From positions 1,302,001-1,366,000 of the forward strand of contig NW_026515671.1 in the NCBI RefSeq assembly GCF_025526975.1: 64,000 nucleotides of DNA, given 5' to 3'. Of this stretch, positions 11,479 to 24,228 are shown piece by piece. The stretch comes from Fimicolochytrium jonesii (Eukaryota). The position numbers were made by a program, and so were the translations under genes. Within the stretch, counting starts at the first letter, position 1. Every line of letters starts with the position of its first letter. The notes beneath the pieces were generated by a model. The model saw nothing but the letters and a program-made list of their open reading frames with translations, had not been told where the DNA came from and ran no database searches.

Positions 11479-13034
11479 AGGGATGGTGGGTGGGTGTAGT
11501 GGATCACGATTATCCGGTCGAATTCGCCACATGAATGTTTAGCCGGTATGCGGGAATAGCGAGGTGGGGAAAAAAAAGTCGAAATCGCAAGGTCGAGATA
11601 ACAATCCATGGTCGTTTCTTGATATGGGAAGAAGCGATGATTCAGATGGAAAGCCAATGCATGGACAGCCTAGCTTTGCAGCGGGCCATAGGAAAGTTTC
11701 TGTGAGATGAGTCAAACGAGTCGATGAGGGCGTCGGTCTCGAGCCAGTATGCGTTTGACGGCGTCATTGGGCGTCTACTACGTTGCTGGTTGCCTTGGGA
11801 TTGACGGTGTTTCATGACATGGGAGAAAGCGATGATTCGACTGGAAACCACTGACACCCGAGCTTGTGCATGGGGCAAAAGGGCTCGATGCAGTAGCCGG
11901 GAGGCGAATATAGCACCTGAAGCCAGAGACATGCGGCGATTTGATGAGAAATGGGTCGTTTATGAGTGCTGCGGTGGAAATGCCGGTCGTCCCTTGCGAT
12001 GAACTTGATATGGAAAGCCAAATACTTGGACAGCAGACTTCCCCCCGCCACCAAGGGTTTAAGCGATTTCGGGTACACATTCGATGCAGCCGGGAATGAT
12101 TAGTGACCATCGGCCCGTATGAGAGCTGAATGAAAAGCACTGTTGGTTCCGACGACGCAAATACCGGGTGCAAGGATGATGACGTTACAGTGCGATAGGA
12201 CAGCTTCCGTTTCTTGGGATGAGCACATAGCGAGTGCGACGACGAGCAGTGCGCGGTAATGTGGTAGCTCTGACCTCGCGCAAAGCACAACTTAGATACC
12301 ACCCCGGAACAAAAAACGAGCAACTCAGCATAGTACCAAAAATCAAAAATCTGACGAACGAGGGGGAAGGGCATCCCCCCGGCTCTTATACCTGGCCGTC
12401 ACAACTCCGAAAAAGGTGGCGCACCGCGGAGTTTGTTTACGTTGAGCAAACTCTGCTTCGAACAAGCTTAATATGTGTTTGCGCGGAGGATTCTGATAGG
12501 ACTTCATCAAGAGAAAGGGAGGATTCAGTACTGAGATTGCGGCGCTTCGCTGGGCAGAAGGTGGCTGGAGTGGGGTTTGGACAAGGTGGATGCTGGCGCT
12601 CTCAAGTTTCTGGTTTCAATATCATGTTGGATGGTGATGGCGACCTTCAAAAAGGATTTTTTTGGTACATCGAACACAAGATTCAATGTATATTGCCATC
12701 ATTTTGGTAGCGGGCATGTACGGCGGAACTTTACACGAGAGATGGGACGGGCGTTAATAGACTGGGGTCGGGGAAGCGAGGTCTTGAACCAGACATGGTT
12801 GATGGAAAAAAGCGCCTTCGTACTATTGCAAAAGTCTCTTGTAACTTTTAATACGTCGAAATGCGTTCTACTCTAAATGTATACGTACGCCGAAACGTCT
12901 GCCAAAATAGTTGATTTGTCCACGATGGCTAGCTTATAGAGGAAAGCTATCTAGAAGCACCTTGTCTAATCACGCCGCCAATGCGCACTCCCGTTCACCA
13001 CACCCATCCCAAAAGATCGATCCCTCCCCTCCAC

Positions 13035-15269
13035 TCACAGCAAAACCTTATGCACACCCCCAACCTTCACATTCCCCCCACCAACCCCCACCACCCTCCC
13101 CTCAACCCTACTCGTCCCCTCTAAACACGCACAAAAAATCGCCTTCCCATCCCTCGCCACCTTCACATGCCTCGGCGCACACCCGGGATCAATCGTCCTC
13201 ACCGGCGTCGCATTCCCACTCGCAAGATCAAACACCTTCACGCCCCCCGTCCCGTTATTCGCGAAGGCGAGGTAGAAGTATTTTTCGTCCGTGTCGACGT
13301 CGAAGGATTGGAACGAGGTGGAGGTGATGTTGGCGTCGGCGATGTTGGAGATGACGCGGGTGGCGGTGGGTGAAGTCGCCGCCGGGTCCCATTTGTGGAT
13401 CGAGCGGGTTGAGGAGCGGAACCAGGGGATCGAAGGGGAATCGTAGCGGTCTTCCATCATGTGCACGGTTGTGGTGTCGTTTTGCTCAAAGGGGTAGGAT
13501 ACGCCCACGAGGGCGCCTAAGCTCTGTGGATTTGGGACCAGGGACCAGCGCACGACGGTACCGGAGAGGTAAAACACGCGCACCTCGTTGGAGGTGGCGG
13601 AGAGGCTGACTGTCCACACCGGGTCGTTGGGGCGGGTGAGGTCCCAGGTAAAATCTTTGAGCGGGACGCCCGTGTAGGTGTTTCCAAAATCGACCAATTG
13701 GAGAACGGGGGGTTTGCCGACGATTTGGTAGATGGTGAGATTGGTGTATGTGGTGGCGTCGCCGCCGAGGAAGAGCGCGTACTGCCCGTCGGAGGTGAAG
13801 AGGGTTTTTTGGACGGGGTGTGCGAGGGGTTCGGAGAAGAGGGCGCGGCCGTCGGTGAGGGTCCAGAGACGGGCGATGTTGGGGCCCGCGGGGTTGTTGG
13901 AGGCTGTGAGCATGATGTCGTTGTCCGTGGGCGATATTGCGGCCGTGTAGCCGTCGTAGGATCGCGCGTATGTGTTTGAGTTTGTGTCATAGAGGTCCCA
14001 AGTGGGTGTGTTGGCTGACCCAGCGAGGAGCCATCGGCCGTCGGGGGACAGACGGGAACTGGAGTAGACCTGGTTGTTTCGCGAGGCGAATGAGGAAATC
14101 GTCCCCGACGGGTCGCTGTAACTGGAGCGCTTCCGAGCTTGAAATGCGTAAATTACCGCGACCACGGCAAGTATTAGCAGGATGCATCCGATTATGCCAA
14201 TGACCCTTATTTTGCGTCCACTCAGGCGGCGACGTAACGACTTCTTCACCGGTGTTTGGCTCTTTTGCGTAATCAGGAGCTCGGTAGAAGGCGGGGAGCG
14301 AGCCAGCGAAACGATTGCAGCACCACCGCTTGACGATTGTCCATCATCAAACCTCGATTCTGGGGAGCTGCCTGGTGCAGCCTCGATATCCCTATCCGCC
14401 ATAGACCCAAGCCCCATCATTGGGAGATTCTCCTGCCTCCAGAGACGCTTCTCGGCCGCTAAGTTCGAAGACCCTGCAGTGCTTGACATTCCTGCCGCTT
14501 GTAAGTAATCCTGCAACGCTTTAGCATCCGACATATCCGGGACGCTTCGTCTTCGTCGTTGAACTGGACGCGTGCGTGGCAGCGACGTGTATTCCGGCGG
14601 TGTATCTGATCCCATCGCCGAGTCAACAAATTCCGCGGCCGAGCTTGAGTTCGAAGCTCCTGCATATGTGCCACGTCTCGGTACTAAGTTTATCACGGCG
14701 AGAACTCTGACCATTCCATTAACATCTAAGCCTCCTAATTTCGGCAAGGACGTGTAAAGGTATTCCAATGGGGAGATCTCCAAAGCACTCGGGAACAGGA
14801 GGGAGACAAGCTGCTCATCCCTCTCGCCATCATCGCCCAAGTCGTCCCCGCCATGCGTTGCAGAATCCCACAATCGCGGGTCATTGAAGGAGACGTTCTC
14901 CCGGATGATGTCGAAGAGGGTCAGATCATGCGGATTGAATTCCAATGGCGAGCCTTTGAAGAACTCTGCGGCGATGAGACGGCGGAGTGCGGTGCCTGTT
15001 TGGTTTATGTTGATGTTTATGACTGCACAGGCTCTGGACCGTCCGAAGACGGCGACGGTTATTGGGGTTTGTGACTGTAAGGTGGTGGTGGTGGTGCCGC
15101 CAACAGGCGTTGGCTCGGTTGCCGTACCATTGCCGTCCCTGTTGGGTGCTGATATGCTATCGGTATTACTGGCGTTCAAGGTGACGGCGTCCGGCGCTGT
15201 CGAACCTGGGGTATCTCTTCTCTCTACCGGCTCCTGTACGGTCGTAGCCGCTGGTGTTCGTTCCGCCAT
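13035..15269 (-). CDS. 744-aa protein: Crinkler (CRN)-like N-terminal ubiquitin-like domain, single TM helix, C-terminal WD40-like beta-propeller
   Basis: Intronless ORF; ITVAVFG..ININQTGTALRRLI..HDLTLF..VRVLAV (CRN-N like); TM VIGIIGCILLILAVVAVIYAF; propeller blades SPDGRWLLAGS, ARLWTLTDG, FTSDGQY, VKVFDLASG. Confidence 0.7.
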   Translation of the reverse strand: MAERTPAATTVQEPVERRDTPGSTAPDAVTLNASNTDSISAPNRDGNGTATEPTPVGGTTTTTLQSQTPITVAVFGRSRACAVINININQTGTALRRLIAAEFFKGSPLEFNPHDLTLFDIIRENVSFNDPRLWDSATHGGDDLGDDGERDEQLVSLLFPSALEISPLEYLYTSLPKLGGLDVNGMVRVLAVINLVPRRGTYAGASNSSSAAEFVDSAMGSDTPPEYTSLPRTRPVQRRRRSVPDMSDAKALQDYLQAAGMSSTAGSSNLAAEKRLWRQENLPMMGLGSMADRDIEAAPGSSPESRFDDGQSSSGGAAIVSLARSPPSTELLITQKSQTPVKKSLRRRLSGRKIRVIGIIGCILLILAVVAVIYAFQARKRSSYSDPSGTISSFASRNNQVYSSSRLSPDGRWLLAGSANTPTWDLYDTNSNTYARSYDGYTAAISPTDNDIMLTASNNPAGPNIARLWTLTDGRALFSEPLAHPVQKTLFTSDGQYALFLGGDATTYTNLTIYQIVGKPPVLQLVDFGNTYTGVPLKDFTWDLTRPNDPVWTVSLSATSNEVRVFYLSGTVVRWSLVPNPQSLGALVGVSYPFEQNDTTTVHMMEDRYDSPSIPWFRSSTRSIHKWDPAATSPTATRVISNIADANITSTSFQSFDVDTDEKYFYLAFANNGTGGVKVFDLASGNATPVRTIDPGCAPRHVKVARDGKAIFCACLEGTSRVEGRVVGVGGGNVKVGGVHKVLL

Positions 15270-15975
15270 GTTCTCCCCAGCGTTTTTCGAACCTTGTCTG
15301 GGTTTCTAGTGGTGCAGGAGCCCAAGAGGTTCCCTGAGCTCACACCCTGTCGTGGTAAGGGTCAGCGCCTGTTGTCAGTGGCCTCTCGCTTCCTTTTTGA
15401 ACCGACCTGCACCTGCAGCGCCCGAAAAGGCCCCCCAGATATCACCGTCGTCCATCCACAGAGGCCGCTTGGACAGTAGGGCGCCAAAAGCAACAACAAA
15501 CCGCAATGAATGATTATAGCGGCGGCACACAGGCGCAAATCGACAGTGACGGCGCTCCTTACGTAAGTCATCTACTTCCTGCGCCACGCCTGCGCCCCAG
15601 CCAGACTCGCAAACAAGGGGAATCGGGTGTTTCCGGGTGGACGCCAAACCAAAGAGAGAGACAACGCAAAAGACAGGGTATACGTCACAAAGCACCCACC
15701 ACGCAAATAGTAACTGACCCTTGGCTCCCGTCTCAACTTTCAATCAGAAAAGTCTCGTCTCCCATGAATGATGAATCACTTGGCTGTTACTATGCGCGCC
15801 CATATCGATGGCTAAAAACTACCGTCGGAATACAGTAAGAAATTTTCCTCAACCCGACTGGGCCCCTCAACCCGACAAAACCCCCCTTCCATCCCGCAAC
15901 TCCATCCCGCAACCACAACGCATCGCTTCCACGACTCCCAACCCACCTCACCCACAAACACATATATTGACAGCC

Positions 15976-16660
15976 ATGTCTATGCCCGCTGGTACGTATC
16001 CGCCGTCTCGCAGTACTCCCCTTTTGTCGGAGCTGGTGAAACTCTCAAGATTTCGAGGCCGACCGAATCGTGGGAAAATCACTGTGCCCCGGAGAACAAC
16101 GAATTGACCGTCAGACTCCCTCTTCTATCCACATAGGTAACGCCACTAACGGAGCTAAGCTCTTCAAGACCCGATGTGCTCAATGCCACGTCGTTGAGCC
16201 TGTAAGTAAAATTCCCGCCATCATACCTCCGACGATTGTTTCCCCGAGCGGAGTGAAGACACGATGCGAAACAGTGAACGAGAAAACTCAACTCTCCGCT
16301 CTCTCTTCCTCTCTCACAGGGTGTCAACAAGGTCGGCCCTTCGCTTCACGGTCTCTTCGGCCGTACCTCGGGTACCGCCGCCGGGTTCTCGTACTCTGCC
16401 GGTATGCAAAAGAAGCAAGTGGTGTGGTCTGAGGAGAACATGTTCACCTACCTCGAGAACCCCAAGAAGTTTGTGCCTGGCGTAAGTATCAACAGCTCCA
16501 GTCCTTGTCCGACGCTTGCCGGCGTATGTCGGACTTTCGAATCAATAACTCATCACATCCTACTGTTCCTCCCAACCAGACAAAGATGGTCTTCGCCGGG
16601 TTCAAGAAGCCCCAAGATCGTGCGGACACCATCGCCTACCTCAAGGAGGCCACCGCTTAA
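15976..16660 (+). CDS. CYC1: Cytochrome c (4 exons)
   Basis: [13 protein letters not shown] (CxxCH), [31 protein letters not shown]; three canonical introns; TAA 16658-16660. Confidence 0.98.
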
Positions 16661-17160
16661 TTTATCCCCCATCACCCATCCACACTGCCACGCAACACAA
16701 CAATTCTCCACACACACACACACACACAACGGCGATGCCATAGAGATGACCCCGTTCCGCACCTGGACGGGCGATTTACCCTCCCATGGCATTACGCCTA
16801 CCATTCTTCATAGAGGCCTGAACAATCTTTCTTTGTCGGTCAATACCAAATTATGCGCTGTTCTTTTTTGAAACCTCTCTCCAAGTCCCTTATGAATGGA
16901 TTCTTGTTTCATTACTTGCTTAATCGGGCGGAACGAACAGCACAGTGGAGGGTGAATTTTGGGAGTTCCAATGTGGAAGGGAAAAAAAGAGTTCCAACGT
17001 CCTCATCTCTTTCGAGGGTCAAAATCTCAATTTGAAAAGAAAAGACAACATCTCCTAAATGTACAAGAACCCACATACGAAAGTACCGCTGACTTCAGCT
17101 ACCTACGCCCACCCACTGGCACTCCCCATCACCCTCCCTCCTCCTCATCCACCCACACCG

Positions 17161-18535
17161 TCACGATACCCTCCACCTCCCCCACTCCCGAAACACATGC
17201 CACCCCCCTTTACTCGGCTCCTCCTCCTCCCTGACGAGCTCATAGTACGCCACGTCCCATCCCTCACACTCGAACGTGTACACCCGCGCGCCGCCGTGGG
17301 GGTCGCGGAAGAGCGGGGCGAGGAGCGTGTCTGCGTGGTGTTTCATTTCGGCTATGTTGTCAAGTTCGAGGGTTTCGATGGGGGTGAGTGGGTGAGTGTG
17401 GTTGTTGAGGGAGCCGAGGGACTTGGATTTGCTGTTCCGTCGGTGGTTTGGATGGTTATGGTTGTGGTGGTCCCCATGCCCAGCAGCAGCCAGCGACGCC
17501 GGTATCCCCCCCGCACACCCATTCACCGCAACAGCCTCCCTCACCGCCGTCCCCACCATCCTCTTCGCCCCTGCATCCCCTCCACCCGCTCCGGCCACAT
17601 CAGCAATCCTTCCCCCCCTGTTCGGATAATACGCCATACTGATATGATCCCCCCTCTTCTTCGCCGGGCGATTCACGAAGCGGCCCGAATTCTCGAAGAG
17701 TTCCATGATAAGGTTTTGCAGTTCGGTGATTTCGGGGGGTGGGAGGATGGGAAGGACGAGGCAGCGGGGGTTGTGGGGGGGGATGAGGGGGGGGAAGACT
17801 TTTGTGGGGGGGAGGAGGAGGCGGAGGTGAAGGGCTGGGGTGTCGGTGGTGTCGGTGTCCGTTATGGCGTAGATGTGCGGGGGGGTGTCGTTGAGAGGGT
17901 CCTGGGTGGTGGGATGTTGGGGTGGCGATTGTTGTTGTGGTGGTGGTGTTCTTGATGTGCTTCCAGATCCCGTTCCAGATCCCGTTCCAGTTCCAGTTGC
18001 AGTTCCACGTCCATTGATCTCCCCACTTCCACTTCCACTCCCTCCCCTCCTCTCCCTCCAAACCTTCTCCGCCGCCGCCTTCAACGCCGCCTCCACCATA
18101 CCCACCCCATACGCCTCCAGCTCCTCAGCCACACACTGAAACGTCCTCCTTATCTCTCTCCCATTCTTGTCCTTGGGCACGTGCAAATCCCAGAAGCCCG
18201 TGAGCGAGCAGTGCGGGTGGTACGCGTGCGCGTCGGTGGGGCCCCATGACGCGGCGGTGGTTGTGCGGAAGGTGTCGAGGTGGGCTCGGAGGGGGGTGCT
18301 GGGGCGCGGCTCGAGGTAGAGAATCATCTGGTGAGAGGAGAGAGGGGGTTCATGAAGGAGGGGGGTGTTGAGGATATGAAGAACCGAAGGAGGGTAATTG
18401 GGTGTGAGTGGGACGTGGCTTGACATTGGGGTTTGACGTGTGGACGATCTTCGCATCGGTGACATGATTTGCGGCGTAGCTTTCGAGTCGGGAGAGATAC
18501 ACCTCCTCTTGCTCTTCCCTGTCTCCTCCCTCCAT
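17161..18535 (-). CDS. Hypothetical protein with two HxS motifs (2H-phosphoesterase-like); start uncertain
   Basis: ORF 17161-18465 contains ILYLEP..AHAYHPHCSLTGFW and GDHISMAY, and ends WDVAYYE..WHVFREWGRW. Confidence 0.6.
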
Positions 18536-18940
18536 GCTTTTCGATTCCCAAGATGGCTTCTCGTCCGTTCGACAATCGTGGCGTCCCTCGTTCACTCCAC
18601 GTCCCGACTGACGTGCGAGAGGACAACGACATGGGGTCGATGTCCCCTCGCCGTGTCGTCGCCTTGAGGCTTCTTGATACGTACCTTGGGCATTGTTGGT
18701 CTATGTCTATTGGCGTTGCTGGCGTTACTGGTGGTTGGGGTGCTTGGGCCGTGAGAAAAAACGCGTCCCACAAACAAGAGAGAAGGACCTCCACTCCAAC
18801 CCAACATTACACCCACATTACCCCGGCATCCAACACGGCAGTGGCGAACAGCTCAGCACTATTACCCCGTACGCCAGCAGAAGAACCACAGCTGAAACCC
18901 CCGTCGTCACGCACCCACTCCCCACGTTCGTTCCATAACA

Positions 18941-21159
18941 ATGGGAAAAAACACTGACAAACTCTACGTAACGCACTCCGAGCACGCTGCCGGGCCTGGG
19001 TAAGCCCTCCTGTTTCACTGTCGCCCCTTCCCACAGTCCTCGTCTAACATCCTATCCCTTTTTCAGAGGAGCAAAGCGATATACAGGCAACGAGTTCAAG
19101 CGACTGCCATTCAGTTGTTGCGCGCTGTCTTTGCAGCCTTTTGAGCACCCTGTGTGTACGAATGAGGGAATGGTGTTTGATCTCATGTAGGTAGGGACTA
19201 AACCGAGGAGAGGAGGGTAGAAGGGGGAGGGGAGGGAGATGGGGAGGTGTGTTGTTGGAGTTCAATGAGGCTTCGGCGAGGGAGTGAGGCGGGCCGGTTG
19301 AAAACGGCAATTCCTACGAGCCAGTGCCCGGAAGACATGTATGCCGGCCGACAAAGCGAGCATAGTGCAGCGGAGCGAGTGCGATAGCGTTGAGACTTGA
19401 GGACACATGAACACAAAGACAAAATCATGGAGTACCGGGCCCTAATGATGTTCACATTGTTAGGAATATTGTGCCATGGCTGAAGAAACATGGAAATAAC
19501 CCAGTAACGGGCGAAAAGGTAAGGTCCCGGGCGAAGCGGTGTTCTGCGCATAAGTGTAGCATGAAATGCCCCTTTTCTAACAACCCACCAACCCCAGCTA
19601 GAAGCGAAAGACTTAACAAAACTCCACTTCCACAAAAACGCCTCGGACGCCTACCACTGCCCCATCACCTTCAAAGTCTTCAACGAAAACACTCACATCG
19701 TCGCCATCAAGCCCTCAGGGCAGGTCTACAGCTACGAAGCCGTCGAGCGGCTCAACATCAAGACCAAAAACTGGACGGACCTCATGACCGATGTACCGTT
19801 CAAGCGGAAGGACGTCATCACCCTCCAGGACCCTCATAACATCACGATGCGGAATATTACGGATTTCTACTACGTGAAGAAGGATATGAAAGTCGAGAAC
19901 GAGGGCGCGGGGAAGAAGGAGGAGGATAAGATCAACGCGTTAGGCGCAACAGAGAAACTCCTAAAAACCCTCGCCAAAAAAACCGAAGACAAAGCAGCTG
20001 CGAAATCCAGCCCCACTCCAACAACCTCACTAACCCCTTCCTTCGTCTCCCGCGACAAACAACAATACAACGCAGCGCACTACTCCAACGGCGCGGCGTC
20101 GTCATCGTTCACGTCCACCGCCGTGCCCGTGCAGACGCAGAACCCGGCCGCGCTGATCGATGAGGAGGAGTATATGTTTGAGCGCGTCAAGGGGAAGGGG
20201 TATGCGCAGCTCAAGACGAATCTCGGGGATGTGAATTTGGAGTTGTTGTGTGGGGATGCGCCGAGGGCTTGTTATAATTTCATCAAGTTGGCCAAGAAAG
20301 GTATCTGGTCCGTGTCTTTCTCTCCGAACCACTCTCTAGTCCTCACTGACACCGCCACGTTTCCGCAAAGGCTACTACGAAAACACCCTCTTCCACCGCT
20401 CCATCAAAAACTTCATGGTGCAAGGCGGCGACCCGACCGGCACGGGCCGCGGCGGCGAATCCATCTGGGGCAAACCCTTCCCGGACGAGTTCAAGTCCAA
20501 CCTCACGCATAGCGGTCGTGGCGTGCTGAGTATGGCGAATAAGGGGAAGAATACGAACACCAGTCAATTGTGAGTACCCAATGGATGGACTGGGCATGTC
20601 GACATAGGAGGGCCACGTCCACTCACAGTTATGGTGCCACAGTTTTATAACGTACCGCTCATGCCCACACCTCAACAACAAACACACGGTTTTTGGGAAA
20701 GTAGTCGGCGGCCTCGACGTGCTCACAAAGATCGAGCAGGTGCCTACCGACGAGGCCGATAAACCAGAGGTATGAACCCTAACCCAGTAACGCCCATCCA
20801 AAACACGCGAGAATTCCTACCTGACAATCAAACCGTCTTCTTTACCTTTTTCGATCACACAGAAAGAAATAAAAATCCTCGCCATCCAAATACTCATCGA
20901 CCCCTTCGACGATTTCCAAAAATCCCTCGAGTCCAAAAAAGCTCCCAAAGGGAAAAACCCCTCCACTTCCACAATCTCCACACCCCCAGATAGTACAAGC
21001 GGTGTGGGTAAATACCTCGCAACACCAGCGCCCAGCAAAACCAAACGACAGGCAGATGATGGGTTGGGGATCGACTGGGGTGGGGCTGAGGAGGTGGTGG
21101 GTGGTCCGCCGGCGAAGAAGAAGGTGAAGGGTGGGTTTGGGGATTTTAGTGGGTGGTGA
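18941..21159 (+). CDS. PPIL2: Peptidyl-prolyl isomerase-like 2 (U-box + cyclophilin, Cyp60 type), multi-exon
   Basis: [84 protein letters not shown], ends GFGDFSGW*. Confidence 0.95.
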
Positions 21160-21501
21160 GAGGAGGGTGGAGAGCGATGTGTTTTTAGATACAGGTGCTT
21201 CCCCGGGACTTCAGGATTTGGTGAACATCAGAGGGTAGCCCTAGCTGTAGCTTTCTTTGTCTAGAGGTGATCTCTTAATGAGATGCATCATAAGGCGCCC
21301 GATGGGAGCACGGGAGAGCCAATCGGAGAGCCAAAACGAGCATTCAATTGCACAAATGGAATGGGAGAAATGAACGTAGTGAGAGGTCCTAGAGAGAGAT
21401 CTATCTAGGGTTCGTCTGCGTGTGTGTGCGTTGGAGTGCTATAGCATCCCATCAGCCACAGAGTCCAACCGTGTCATCCAACCATGAATTCATCCACCAC
21501 C

Positions 21502-23171
21502 CTAAACAACAACAGACCACTCATGCTCAATCTCGCCATACTGAATCCCCATAATCGTATCCGCAATCCTCTGCGTCAACGGCCCCGCCTGCGCACTTTT
21601 ATCATTCGGATCCAGCGGAATCTTCAAGTCCACATCCTTATACCTCACATTCTTGATCGGGCTGACAATCGCGGCGGTTCCTGATCCAAACAGCTCGTGC
21701 ACGCGGTTCTCTTCCACAGCGCGGCGCAGCATGGGCATGGTGAGGGCGCGCTCGGAGACTTTGAATTCTCCCCATTGGCGCGCGAGGGAGAGGATCGAGT
21801 CGCGGGTTACGCCGGGGAGGATGGTGCCGTCGAGGGGTGGGGTGACGAGTTCGCGTTCGCCTTGTTCGTTGGTCCAGTACATGAAAAAGTTCATCGTTCC
21901 GACTAGAGAAGCGATAACCTTTAGCGTCCGCTTCTACCGGTTTGCCGCACCTGAAAATACAAATAACTCACCTTCAGTGATAGCCTCCTCCTCGCCAAAG
22001 ATCCACAGGTTCTGCTGGTATCCCTTTTTCGAAACCTCGATCTGAGGCCTGATGCCAGGCGCGTAGTTTCCGCCGATCTTGGCGTCACCTGTTCCTCCAG
22101 GCCATGCGCGGACGTAGTGCTGTGTTGCGTAGAGCGAAACTGCGGCGAAACCTGTTTTATAGTATGGGCCGACGGGCGATGCGATGACGAAGAGGAGAGA
22201 TCGGTCCGATGGTCCGACGCCTGCGAGTGGGAAAACAGTAAGTCTCATTGTTGATGTGAGCTGGCTCTGCTCCATTAATACTCACCCAAAGACTCCTGCG
22301 TAGCCATAGCGGTAGGCCGTAAGTACAGCGAGTAACCCCTCTCCGATGGAATCCACGAGTGATCAACCCGCAGCAGCTCCTTAATGCACTTCAACAGCTC
22401 GTCGTTGTCGAAAGTGGGCAGGGTCAACCTCTCACACGACTTCTTCAACCGCGCCATGTTCATGTCGGGCCGGAAGAGACGGATCCGCCCTTGCTTGTCT
22501 TTGTAAGCTTTCATGCCTTCGAAACATGTCATGGCGTAGTGGAAGACGGTAGCTGATGGGTCGAGGCAGAGCTTGCCGTACGGCTGGATCTTTGGCGTGG
22601 CCCATCCTGTCAAAAGCGGGAGGAGTATTGTTGAGTGATATTATATCATACGTTTGACTTGGGTGTAACAGGATTTCCTACTCGCTGTTACTCGCGAGGG
22701 AGATTCGGGGTCTGTTAAGCACGAAAGCTCGCAAGCGCTCGCAAAGCACCTACAGCCAGTACTGCCATCCTCAAGCATTCCCGCGTCAATAGCGGGCCTC
22801 ACGCAAGCGATGCTCTTGATCCCCCCGCTTGCACTCCTTCGCACTGACGGCCCACTAGCGCTCCCCAGCTAACCGTCGCCTGCCAGTCCCAACCATCCCT
22901 ACCCTGCCGCCGCTCACAGTCGCCATCACCGAGACCTACCCTTCGTGCTATCCCACTCAATCGAAAGCATGTGGTCCGAGAAAGTCCTCCCGAACTGCAA
23001 CTCCTTATTCGCCAGCTTCGTCTTTGGCGAGTCCGTCAACTTCTTCTGCAGGTTTGCGCTCTGCAGCGGCGCCAGGGTGGAGGCGGTAGCGAGTGATCTG
23101 CTGCATCCTGCTGTGGGGCGGAGGAATGGCGAGGCGCGGGCGGCCAGTGGGGTGAGTTTCCGAAGGAGCAT
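21502..23171 (-). CDS. BAT1: Branched-chain amino acid aminotransferase, mitochondrial precursor
   Basis: Arg-rich presequence, [69 protein letters not shown]. Confidence 0.96.
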
Positions 23172-23373
23172 TGTTGGCGTGGGTAGAGCGGCGATTGCGA
23201 GTGGACTGAGGGTGAAGGATAGGACTGTGCCAACAAATAAGTAGTGCTGTAATGAGAGGGAAAAAAAAGGAGAAACGACAGCTCTCATGGGACGTATCCG
23301 GTGACTGCGACGCCAGGGTAACCCCCGCACCTTATCTGATTGGCGTCCGAGCCGTCCGATTTTGATTGAACGC

Positions 23374-24228
23374 CTAAAGCAAATCAGTCGGATCCACCCC
23401 GCTTGTGTTTAGACACAACTGATGATTCACGGGATTCATCGCTCGCTCGCGTACGCGTTTCGGGTTGGCCCTCGGGTTGCTTTGGTTTGCAACGCCGTGG
23501 GCTGCCGTGGGACGCTTCATCAGGTCTCCCCTTCTTCTTTTGTATGCCACACCGTCATTCATTTCGCCCTCCGTGCATGAAAAGGCTAAACGGGAACTCG
23601 ATGCTCTCTCATTCGCAGGAAACTATCCAACTGACAAATGCATTTACAAGGTGGCGCAAGGTGTCCCATCGCATCTGTCCTCGGTACTGCATCGTCCCAA
23701 TCACGTATCCCCCGATCAAATGGAGAGGAAGGCCTCAGCCGCAGGAACCTTGCTTCCACCCTGCGTAGTCTTCACCGGCGCGGCCTGCGGTTGAGCAGCA
23801 GCAGCATTCACATCAGTGAAAGACCTCCCAAAAGCGCGCAACGACCCAGTGGAAGATCCGAATGAAGTCTGCGACTGCATCCCCAAAAACCCGCCAGGCA
23901 GATTTCCTCCTGGTGTTCCCGGGCGATTGATGGCGTTCGGTTGAGACAAGTCTTGCATGACGCGGCTTGGGAAGGAGCCGACGTAGCGGAGATGGCCCAT
24001 GATTGCCTATATTTGCCCATGCAATGAAATGTGAGAAGATCGTCCAATAACTACTGAACTTGAAGGTAAGGAACTCACATCAATAGACGATCGACGCCTC
24101 GCAGAATTGAAATCTGCCGGCCCAGCGCCGCCGCCGGGCGCCGCCCCTCCCAAACCCGTGTTGGCCTGGGTGCTCGTAGTAGGAGTGTTGCCAGGCAAGT
24201 TGGGAATCGACCGACCGAGGGGAATCAT
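23374..24228 (-). CDS. Hypothetical multi-exon low-complexity protein (structure uncertain)
   Basis: Consecutive minus-strand ORFs (24228-24007, 24000-23716, 23562-23374) with protein-like composition; no family recognised. Confidence 0.3.

Larger units (their letters stand above)
5620..12410. mobile_element. Degenerate repeat-rich, non-coding or pseudogenised segment (probable TE-derived element; boundaries approximate)
   Basis: No credible long ORF over ~6.8 kb in an otherwise gene-dense window; several nested tandem and dispersed repeats; GTCGA-rich tract ~6560-7760. Confidence 0.45.

Noticed and set aside
5500..12430. Intact LTR retrotransposon
   Set aside because: No paired LTRs and no gag, RT or integrase motifs visible.
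16708..16728. (CA)n microsatellite in the cytochrome c 3' region
   Set aside because: Ordinary short microsatellite.
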